Assembly (NCBI GenBank): GCA_013360585.1 | Contig: JABWBH010000004.1 | Location: 49,422-113,421, forward strand | Direction: 5' to 3' | Length of the DNA: 64,000 nucleotides | Source: Phycisphaerae bacterium | Lineage (GTDB): Bacteria; Planctomycetota; Phycisphaerae; UBA1845 | Shown here: in pieces, positions 37,643-45,466 of the stretch | How positions within the stretch are numbered: position 1 is the first letter of the stretch | Layout: each line of letters starts with the position of its first letter | Notes under the pieces: model-generated | Seen by the model: the letters and a program-made list of their open reading frames with translations, nothing else | The model's database searches: none | Told to the model about the DNA's origin: nothing | Made by a program: the position numbers and the translations under genes

Positions 37643-38926
37643 GTGATTTCGTTTTTCAGAAGCCAACCGAGGGATTCGAGTCCGTCTGCGCGACGGCTGC
37701 GCGCCGCAGTCGGGATCGCGACGATGTTCGCGTTGGGCGGTGGGGTGTTGTCGGCGTGGCTGCTCACCTTGCACCTCAATCACGTCGCCTTGACCGATCT
37801 CTTTCAGAGGACGGGGCTGGTGCATGCGCTGGTTTTTCACGCCAGTACGGGGCTCCTGACGGGAGCGGTGTGGGTGCGGGCGCGGCGCGCGTTCATCAGG
37901 TCCGCGTGGCCGGGGCGCCTGATGTTCATGATCCTCCCGTTACTGGCCGTTGCATCCTGCGACCGGTGGATGCTGGTGTTCTTCGCACCGATCCCGGAGC
38001 GAGAGGATCGGCTGATTCAACCTCATCCGCGCCGGTTGTGGACGCTGGCGCCCGGATACACGCTTCCACCGAAGTGGGGCGGGGACACGATCAACGAACG
38101 CGGACTGCGCGGGCCCCTTGCGCCGTTTTCGCCGGGACCGGGTGAGCGGCGCGTGATTCTTGTCGGCGACTCCGTCGCGTTCGGATCGGAGGTGCCCTGG
38201 CCTCAAACCTTTGCGGCGGAAATCATCACGCAATCACGAGGGCTTGCCCCTGAAGCGACCTGGACGGTGGTCAATCTCAGCGTGCCGGGGTACGCACCGT
38301 GGCAGGAGCTGGACATCCTGAAAGAGGAGGGAATGAAATATGCGCCCGATGTGGTGGTCTACGTGTTCTGTCTGAATGACGTGACGGATCGCCTGCGGTG
38401 CGAGGCGCTGCGGGACGCGCCCCGGACGAGCTGGCAGAAGCGGCTCGAAAGCTCGGGTCTGTTCCGGTTCGGGCGCTCGCTGTCCGCCCGACTTTCGCCG
38501 CTTGACGCCCGGGTCTGGTACGAGTCTCTTGCCGATCGACACCTGATCGGCGATGCGGATTCGCCGTGGCTGGCGCAGGCGTGGGAGCAGTACCTCGAGG
38601 ATGTAGACGCCCTGGCGGGGTTCGTCCTCGCGAGTGAAGCCGAGTTCATGATTCTGCTGATTCCCTGTGCGCCCCACGTTCGCCCGGACGCTCAGACAGA
38701 AGGCCTGCCGCAACGACGGCTCGCGGCGCATGCCGAGGCGCGCGGTTATGCGCTCGTGGATCTTCTCCCTGTGCTGCGCGACGAGGCCGGGTTCGACATG
38801 GGCGGGAGTTCGCAAGCGTTCGTTGACATGTGGCATTTGTCCCCGGTGGGACACCAGCTCGCGGCGCGAGAGCTGGTCCACGCTCTGGATACCCTGAAGC
38901 GGAAAGTCAGCGGCGGACCGGATTGA
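37643..38926 (+). CDS. Membrane-anchored SGNH/GDSL hydrolase
   Basis: N-terminal TM segments are followed by block I (VILVGDSVAFGSE) and block V (FVDMWHLSPVGHQLAA, DxxH). GTG at 37643 follows GAGGA. Confidence 0.7.
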   Translation: MISFFRSQPRDSSPSARRLRAAVGIATMFALGGGVLSAWLLTLHLNHVALTDLFQRTGLVHALVFHASTGLLTGAVWVRARRAFIRSAWPGRLMFMILPLLAVASCDRWMLVFFAPIPEREDRLIQPHPRRLWTLAPGYTLPPKWGGDTINERGLRGPLAPFSPGPGERRVILVGDSVAFGSEVPWPQTFAAEIITQSRGLAPEATWTVVNLSVPGYAPWQELDILKEEGMKYAPDVVVYVFCLNDVTDRLRCEALRDAPRTSWQKRLESSGLFRFGRSLSARLSPLDARVWYESLADRHLIGDADSPWLAQAWEQYLEDVDALAGFVLASEAEFMILLIPCAPHVRPDAQTEGLPQRRLAAHAEARGYALVDLLPVLRDEAGFDMGGSSQAFVDMWHLSPVGHQLAARELVHALDTLKRKVSGGPD

Positions 38927-38963
38927 TGGGTTCCGGCGGGGAGATTTCGCTGCGGACCCGACT

Positions 38964-40646
38964 TCAAGGATTGCGGTTTCGGATCAGGAGCCGGATTGTC
39001 GGGCTGATCTTGCCGGTCGGTTCCGTCCCCCACGCCGCGACGCGCCACCACGACCGTGGCGCAAGATAGCCGCGACCTTCGATCCGCGCGGCCTCGTAAT
39101 AACCCAGCATCCCTTCCGAAAGCAACGTCAGCACGTCGCGCTGAGGCCCGTCGTAGCCCTGCGTCTCGAAGCTCGAGAGAATCAGCACATCGCAATCCGA
39201 GGCTGCGATCGACTCCGGGGTCATCTCGATCTCGACAACGCGGTAACCCAGCTCGATCGTCCGGGGCAGGTACTGCGGCTTGCCGAAGACGCCGACCCGG
39301 GCCGACGGGGGGACGTGCTGCGCCAGCCAGGTCTCCGCCGCATACCGGCTGTCGCCGCGCATCTCGAGATTCAGCGCCGTCAGCAACACGGCGGTCGGGA
39401 TCACGACGAGCAACGCAGCCACAGCGGTCAGCGCCCTGCCTCGCCGCGGATGTCGCAAAGCCGCAACGATCTCGCCCGCGCCGGCGACCGCCGCCAGGGC
39501 AAGCATCGGGAAAAGGAACCGGCTGTAAGAAAAGCCCAGCGCCCCCTGGATCGTCAGAAGGTAATACGAACACGCCGGGGCCAGCAGGATCGCGGCGCGC
39601 CGTGGACCGCGACCCAGGGCGGCGACGACGGCGACGAGCATCGTCGCCAGCAGCGGCCAGCCGACAGCGCCGCCGGCGTAACGCAGGCTGACCAGCGCGA
39701 GCGTGAGCGGATTGTCATAGCGCGTCTGCTGCGCGTGAAGCGTATCCGCCGAAGCGTCGAACCAGTATTCGAGGCGCGTGACGAAGCGCTCCCAGTTGTG
39801 AAACGCGCCGTTGATGAAAAGCCAGGGTAACACAAACGACGCCAGCCCGGCGAGCCAGACCGGCCTCATCAGGACGGATGCGATGACGGTGCCCCAGCCG
39901 GAGCGTCCAAGCGGCGAGGTTCTCTGCGCGGTCCGCGCCGTCTCGATCAGAAGCATGAGCGCCATCCCGGGGTAGGCGCCCGCGACGCCGTCCTTGGTAC
40001 CCACGGCCGCTGCAGCCAGCAGCCCGAGCGCCGCGCATCGACCGGCGCTGGGACGCTCGATCGCCCGCAGATAGGCGACCACGCTCCACGCGAACCAGAA
40101 CATCGACGGGACGTCGACGTTGCCGAGGCGGGCGAAGTAGGCGAAGTCCACGCCGGCGCAGAACGTCAGTGCCGCGATCAGTGCCGTGAATCCGTCACCC
40201 GTCGTCCGCAGCGCGGCGCAGCGCAGCGCCCACCCCGTCCCGACCGCCATCAGAAAGGTCAGCACGCGCGACGCCAGAATCAGCAGCCCGATCCGGTCCG
40301 CCTCGGGGGGCGCCAGCACTTTCGCACCGGTCGCGGGGTCGATCGTCATCAGCCCGCGCCACGTCCAGACGGCTTCGATCGTCCGGTACAACCCCGCGTT
40401 CAGCAGGTAGTGCAGCGGCGGGTAGCGTCCGCGCCAGTCCTCAGGCCAGCCGTCCACCACGAACGTGCGGTTCGGACCGGCGATCGTGTCCTGACTCCAC
40501 GAATTGAATGCGGGCAACCCCCAGCCGATCCCCGGCAGGTACGCCAGGCAGGCGAAGGCGGCAAGGACCGCCAGATCGCGGAACCAAGACGGACCGGAAA
40601 CGATGCCTGGAGCGGTTTGTTGAGCGGACAGCCGAGGTTTTTTCAT
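38964..40646 (-). CDS. Polytopic membrane protein, GT-C glycosyltransferase-like (second copy)
   Basis: ATG at 40646 (MKKPRLSAQQ...). Many TM segments are followed by a soluble C-terminal domain. The architecture resembles 35883..37535. The family call is an inference. Confidence 0.55.
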   Translation of the reverse strand: MKKPRLSAQQTAPGIVSGPSWFRDLAVLAAFACLAYLPGIGWGLPAFNSWSQDTIAGPNRTFVVDGWPEDWRGRYPPLHYLLNAGLYRTIEAVWTWRGLMTIDPATGAKVLAPPEADRIGLLILASRVLTFLMAVGTGWALRCAALRTTGDGFTALIAALTFCAGVDFAYFARLGNVDVPSMFWFAWSVVAYLRAIERPSAGRCAALGLLAAAAVGTKDGVAGAYPGMALMLLIETARTAQRTSPLGRSGWGTVIASVLMRPVWLAGLASFVLPWLFINGAFHNWERFVTRLEYWFDASADTLHAQQTRYDNPLTLALVSLRYAGGAVGWPLLATMLVAVVAALGRGPRRAAILLAPACSYYLLTIQGALGFSYSRFLFPMLALAAVAGAGEIVAALRHPRRGRALTAVAALLVVIPTAVLLTALNLEMRGDSRYAAETWLAQHVPPSARVGVFGKPQYLPRTIELGYRVVEIEMTPESIAASDCDVLILSSFETQGYDGPQRDVLTLLSEGMLGYYEAARIEGRGYLAPRSWWRVAAWGTEPTGKISPTIRLLIRNRNP

Positions 40647-40816
40647 CGTTTTTGTAACGCCGCCCCTCTCTTGTGGCGAATCCGCAGGTCCAGTGCGGGT
40701 CATTATAGGACGCATCCGGGATGAAACCGATCCCCAAGACCGTCCCTCGGGTGACCGATAATTCCCAAGTCGGACACCGGCTTTGAACGATGATACAGGT
40801 GAAAAGGAGTTCGCGC

Positions 40817-41344
40817 ATGAACGCAAGAGGTTGGTCCCGCGCCGCGGGAGTCGCCACATTGGCGCTGATCGGATGCACCAGCGCGCCACCCGCCGCGCGC
40901 CTGAACGCTCCGCCGCAAGGTGTGACGGGCGATCCGCCGGCGCTGGCGGACGCTTTCACGAGCATGTCGGACAACGCGATGACGCACGACATGACGGTGG
41001 CGGACCTGCATTTCATTCCGCACAGCAGCGAGATCTCAGGAACGGGCGTGGTGCGCCTGACGCGTCTGACGCCGCACCTGAATCACTACGGCGGCATCGT
41101 GCGCTACGAGACCTTCGAGAAAGATCAGGCGCTGGTGGACATGCGCCTTGAACACGTCCGGGAGTTCCTCGTCGACGCCGGGTGCGACATGAGCCGCGTC
41201 GAGGTGAAGGCGATGATCTCCGGGGGGCGCGGCATTCGCGCGTCGGATGCGATCCGCCAGATGGAGAAGGGCACGGCGCCCCCGGCGGACGGACAGGGCG
41301 GCGCGGGCATGACGGGCGGCGCATCCGCCTCGGCGGGCGGCTGA
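40817..41344 (+). CDS. Small lipoprotein (CpaD-like?)
   Basis: AAGGAG lies 8 nt before ATG 40817. The lipobox is LALIGCTS. The region ALVDMRLEHVREFLVDAGCDMSRVEV is reminiscent of OmpA-C/CpaD-type lipoproteins, which is tentative. Confidence 0.6.
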   Translation: MNARGWSRAAGVATLALIGCTSAPPAARLNAPPQGVTGDPPALADAFTSMSDNAMTHDMTVADLHFIPHSSEISGTGVVRLTRLTPHLNHYGGIVRYETFEKDQALVDMRLEHVREFLVDAGCDMSRVEVKAMISGGRGIRASDAIRQMEKGTAPPADGQGGAGMTGGASASAGG

Positions 41345-41379
41345 GCGTAAGAGGGGCACGGCAAGGAGGCACGACGGTG

Positions 41380-43365
41380 ATGACACGAAGGACGATTCCG
41401 CTCCTGGCGGCGCTGGCGACGCTGACGGGCTGCTCGCAGACGGACAACTCGATCGCCACGCAGAAAAAGGGCGGGTGGCAGCGGCTGGATCCCGCCGCTC
41501 TGGCGGACGCCGTGGAAAGCCCGCCGCCGAAGATTCTCCCGCAGACGCATTTCGCCGCGGGACAATTGCTCGAGGCGCAGGGCGACTTCAACCGCGCCAT
41601 CGCCCAGTATCAGCGGGCGGTCCTGCTCAATCACAACTTCGTCGCCGCGTATCATCGCCTCGGGATGGTGCTCGCGCGGCAGGGACGACATCGGGAGGCG
41701 ATCGACAACCTTGAAAAGGCCGTCGCCCTCCGACCCAACGAGCCGGTCCTCCGCAACAATCTGGGCTTCGAGTACTGTCGGATCAACGACTTCGACCGCG
41801 CCGTCACGCACCTTCAGGCCGCCGTGGCGATCGACCCGCAGTTCGAGCGGGCGCAGGTCAACCTCGGGATGGCGCTCAGCAAGGTCGGACGGTTTGACGA
41901 AGCTCTCGAGGCTTTCCGCGCCGTCCTGCCGGAGTCGCACGCCCAGTACAACCTTGGCATGATGTTCTGCGGCGCGAAGCGTTACCGCGACGCGGGGCTG
42001 GCGTTTCATCGCGCTCTCCAACTCGACCCGGCGCTGACCGCCGCGCGCACCCAGCTCGCTTCGATCGAGGCTTACGTGGACGTGTCTTCCTTCGAGACGC
42101 CGCAGCCGGCGTCCGACGATGACTCGAACCCGTCGCCGTGGGAGATTCAAACGCTCACCGGAGCGCCGGAGGCGCAGACGCAGGACTCCCCCAGCCGGCT
42201 GGAACCGCTGCAAAAACTGGACGACGACGTGAACCCGACTCCTTCGGACGAGACGGCGGAGTACGTCGCCGACGACTTGGAGCTTATCTCGTCGCCGATC
42301 GTTGACGAAAGCGACGACGCTTGCGACGACTCCGTCGCCGATGCGTCAGACGATACGGGCGGTTTTGCGTCGTCAGAGACGGACTCAGGCTCACACGCCT
42401 CGACAGAGACCAGCGAAGGTCAGCGCGACAATGACGACCCTTCCGGCGCGCAGCACACCGAGGCGGATGCGACATCGGACGTGCCCGAGAACTCAGACCC
42501 GATCCCGCCCGCGGATGAGGATTGTGAGGACGACGGCGAGCCGCACGTGCGCTTTGAAGACGTCTTTCCCGTCGATGACGGCCTGACGCCGCCGATGCCT
42601 TATCAGGACGCCCTTGATGCACCGGCGTTCGCCTTCTCGGCGCCGGTGATCGAGAAGTCCGTCGAGACGTGGGTGCGAACCGTCGAGGCGCGGGCGGAGT
42701 ACGTACCGGTCGAGGTTGAAACGTTCGTCGCCCGCGAGCCGACCTGGTGGACCGAAGCGACCGCCGGGAGCACGCCCTGCGCGGATGAGGCGACCTTCTT
42801 CACGGACCCGGATCCCGTGCTGCCCGCCGACGATGACGAAACCGCGTTCTTTATGACCGACCCGGAAGCGGCGTTTTCTGAAGACGATGTGCCGACGGCG
42901 GAAACGACGGTCCAGGACGGCACCCCGACGTTCGGAACGCCGCTGAACCCGGAGGCGACCCTGAATGAACCGATCGTGACGGTCGAGGCGTCGATCGATG
43001 CCGAGCCGTTTCCGCTCGCGCTTCCGACGACCGAACCCGTCGTTTTCTGGTCGGAGCTTGGATTCGGGCGGATCATGATCGCGGAAGAGCACGAACCGGC
43101 GACCTGGCCCAGCTCCCTGCTCGGCTCGATCGAACTGGCGGATCCCGCCGTGGATGCATTAGCGGGGTCGCCCGCCGAAGACTTGGACGGCGACGAAAAT
43201 TGCGATGACAGCGACTTCGTCGAGCACTGGTCGTCAGACGACTTCCGTTTCGGCTCGATTCTGATGCTTGCGGAACCGGGCGCAGAGGCGGCGCCGGCGC
43301 TCGGCACGATGTCGGACCGCCCGGAGCGGACGGCGCGGATCACGTACCCGCGGCCGTGGCCCTGA
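41380..43365 (+). CDS. TPR-repeat lipoprotein (TadD-like N-terminal part) with an acidic low-complexity tail of about 400 aa
   Basis: AAGGAGG precedes ATG 41380. The lipobox is LATLTGCSQ. TPRs include AIAQYQRAVLLNHNFVAAYHRLGMVLARQGRHREAIDNLEKAVALRPN. The C-terminal half is rich in D, E, T and P. Confidence 0.75.
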   Translation: MTRRTIPLLAALATLTGCSQTDNSIATQKKGGWQRLDPAALADAVESPPPKILPQTHFAAGQLLEAQGDFNRAIAQYQRAVLLNHNFVAAYHRLGMVLARQGRHREAIDNLEKAVALRPNEPVLRNNLGFEYCRINDFDRAVTHLQAAVAIDPQFERAQVNLGMALSKVGRFDEALEAFRAVLPESHAQYNLGMMFCGAKRYRDAGLAFHRALQLDPALTAARTQLASIEAYVDVSSFETPQPASDDDSNPSPWEIQTLTGAPEAQTQDSPSRLEPLQKLDDDVNPTPSDETAEYVADDLELISSPIVDESDDACDDSVADASDDTGGFASSETDSGSHASTETSEGQRDNDDPSGAQHTEADATSDVPENSDPIPPADEDCEDDGEPHVRFEDVFPVDDGLTPPMPYQDALDAPAFAFSAPVIEKSVETWVRTVEARAEYVPVEVETFVAREPTWWTEATAGSTPCADEATFFTDPDPVLPADDDETAFFMTDPEAAFSEDDVPTAETTVQDGTPTFGTPLNPEATLNEPIVTVEASIDAEPFPLALPTTEPVVFWSELGFGRIMIAEEHEPATWPSSLLGSIELADPAVDALAGSPAEDLDGDENCDDSDFVEHWSSDDFRFGSILMLAEPGAEAAPALGTMSDRPERTARITYPRPWP

Positions 43366-43397
43366 TTCCTCGCCGAAGTTCAAAGGGTAAGAGACGG

Positions 43398-43421
43398 AGA
43401 GGCGCTGCGGCGCCTCTTTTT
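43398..43421 (+). terminator. Intrinsic terminator after the TPR lipoprotein gene
   Basis: AGAGGCGC-TGCG-GCGCCTCT followed by TTTT. Confidence 0.65.
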
Positions 43422-43468
43422 CATTCCGGGGGTGTTGATCGCCCGAGCGTCCTGAAGAACGAGCGGCT

Positions 43469-43660
43469 TCAGCTTCCTTCGGACTCCTCGTCGGCGTCAA
43501 GGCGGTCCGGGTCGACGACGGCCGCGCGCACGTCGCCGCCGCCGGTGAGGCGAAGGCGGAGCGTCGCGCCCGTGCCGCCGCAGGTCATGTAAACCGTCGT
43601 CTCCGGCATGTCGAAGGAATGCGACCGCTCACACGCCGGACAATCAAAACGCACCAGCAT
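43469..43660 (-). CDS. Small hypothetical protein (63 aa) with a CPAC motif
   Basis: GGGAAGGG Shine-Dalgarno sequence before ATG 43660. The product is MLVRFDCPACERSHSFDMPETTVYMTCGGTGATLRLRL.... It lies 49 nt downstream of lysC on the same strand. Confidence 0.45.
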   Translation of the reverse strand: MLVRFDCPACERSHSFDMPETTVYMTCGGTGATLRLRLTGGGDVRAAVVDPDRLDADEESEGS

Positions 43661-43709
43661 AAGAACCCTTCCCGCCTCTCGAACCGCTTTTCCGACCGAC
43701 GCGCGTCCG

Positions 43710-44933
43710 CTACGGCGCGACATGAAGCCCGAAGGCGTCATGCACGAGCTGCAGCGCCCGCGGTCCGTCCTCGCGGCGCACGAGGCAGCTTAACACGATC
43801 TCGCTCGTCGAAATGTTGTGAATGTTGACGCCGCCCTCGGCGAGCGCCGAAAACATCGTCGACGCCACGCCGGACGCCGTCCGCATGCCCACGCCGATCG
43901 CGCTGACCTTTGCCACGCCGTCATCCACGCTCATCCCGGACAGGTTCATCTCACGCACAAGGTCCGCACAGATACGCTTCGCCTCGGCGAGATCCGCGGC
44001 GCTGACCGAGAACGTCAGGTTCGCCTGTCGCCCGTCGTCGTACACGTTCTGCACGATATCGTCCACGAGAACGTTCTTTGCCGCGATCGCGCTGAAGATC
44101 CGCGCGGCCATCCCGGGTCGGTTCGGCACGCCCGCCAGCGTGATCGATGCCAGATCCTGCTTGAGTGTGACGCCTTGAACGGCGGCGTCCTCCATCCCTT
44201 TCGTTTCCGTCATGATCAAAGTTCCCGGCGCGTCCGTCAGCGAACTGCGGACGTGGATCGGCACGCGATACTTCTTTCCGAACTCGATCGCCCGCGAATG
44301 CATGACCGCCGCGCCCGCCGCGGCCATCTCGAGCATCGTGTCGTAGCTGATGCGGTCGATCTTCCGCGCCTGCGGCACGAGGCGGGGATCCGTCGTGTAC
44401 ACCCCGTCCACGTCGGTATAAATCTCGCAGATCTCCGCGCCGAGGACGCTCGCCAGCGCCGCGGCTGTCGTGTCCGAGGCGCCGCGCCCCAGCGTCGTGA
44501 TCTCCCCGCCCGCGTCAATCCCCTGAAACCCCGCGACGATGACGATCCGTCCCGCCGCCAGCTCCCGGTCGATCCGCTCCCGGCTGATCCGCTGAATCCG
44601 CGCCCGCGTGTGAACACTGTCCGTGAGCAGCCCGAGCTGCGCGCCCGTCAGGCTGATCGCCTCGTGACCTGCGGCGTGGATCGCCATCGCCATCAAAGCG
44701 ATCGACACCTGCTCGCCGGTCGTCAGGAGCATGTCGAGTTCCCGCTTCGGCGGGTCCGCGGAGACCTCGCCGGCCAGTTTGAGCAGTTCGTCCGTCGTAT
44801 GCCCCATCGCGGACACGACCAGAACAACCTGCTTGCCCTCGAGCTTGGCGCGGATCGCCCGCCGGGCGGCGCGGTGAATCCGCTCCGCATTGGCGACGCT
44901 CGTCCCTCCGAATTTCTGCACGATCAGCGGCAC
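43710..44933 (-). CDS. lysC: Aspartate kinase with C-terminal ACT domains
   Basis: IVQKFGGTSVANAERI, VVLVVSAMGHTTDELL, RGASDTTAAALA and TDVDGVYTTDPR. The start is uncertain: GTG 44933 matches homolog N-termini, while the track start is GTG 45023. Confidence 0.92.
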   Translation of the reverse strand: MPLIVQKFGGTSVANAERIHRAARRAIRAKLEGKQVVLVVSAMGHTTDELLKLAGEVSADPPKRELDMLLTTGEQVSIALMAMAIHAAGHEAISLTGAQLGLLTDSVHTRARIQRISRERIDRELAAGRIVIVAGFQGIDAGGEITTLGRGASDTTAAALASVLGAEICEIYTDVDGVYTTDPRLVPQARKIDRISYDTMLEMAAAGAAVMHSRAIEFGKKYRVPIHVRSSLTDAPGTLIMTETKGMEDAAVQGVTLKQDLASITLAGVPNRPGMAARIFSAIAAKNVLVDDIVQNVYDDGRQANLTFSVSAADLAEAKRICADLVREMNLSGMSVDDGVAKVSAIGVGMRTASGVASTMFSALAEGGVNIHNISTSEIVLSCLVRREDGPRALQLVHDAFGLHVAP

Positions 44934-45316
44934 GGTCGGGGAAGATACCGGCCCCCACCAGCGGTTCAAGGACAGCGCGTCTGCCGCGCCGACGCGCAGC
45001 CCCTTCGCAACAGGATTACCCACCTGCCCCAGGTTCGGTGAGCAGGATTACGCACTCATCGCTTGTCGCGTCCGCCGTCTGCGCGTTTTTTGTGCGGACT
45101 TTGAGGCCTTTGCGGAGGCTCACCGCTTATCCTCCGAGGCTGGTACGCAACGTGCCGTGATATTATCGCTCGAAACGGGCGCCTTGCCGCCCGGCGGATA
45201 AGACATGCGCTTATGCCGTCGGGACTCGAGGCCTTGGGGAACCCGTTGCGCTCGTCGCAGCGGTGTGAGGTTGGTTCGGACGGGCAGGCGACCCGCCTCG
45301 GGCAGATCCGCCTCCT

Positions 45317-45369
45317 TCGCGACCGACGCGTGCATAACCCGCGCACGTTGTCGGTCGCGAGGCCTTTTT
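45317..45369. terminator. Strong hairpin between the upstream operon and the lysC leader
   Basis: TCGCGACCGAC (45317-27) pairs with GTCGGTCGCGA (45350-60), plus an inner CGTGC/GCACG pair. A T5 run follows on the plus strand and an A5 run precedes it on the minus strand. It lies about 107 nt downstream of the minus-strand gene that ends at 45467. Confidence 0.5.
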
Positions 45370-45466
45370 ACCGATGCCCTCGGATCCGGCTCGTTCTGGG
45401 CGGCACGGAACCGGAATCCTGAATCTTGATTCGTATCATCTTGGATTCGTTCCAGCCCCCGCGCAA

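Noticed and set aside
45024-45316. Lysine riboswitch (L-box) upstream of lysC
   Set aside because: By eye I could not find the conserved L-box core elements on the lysC strand. I keep it only as an open question under findings, not as an annotated riboswitch.
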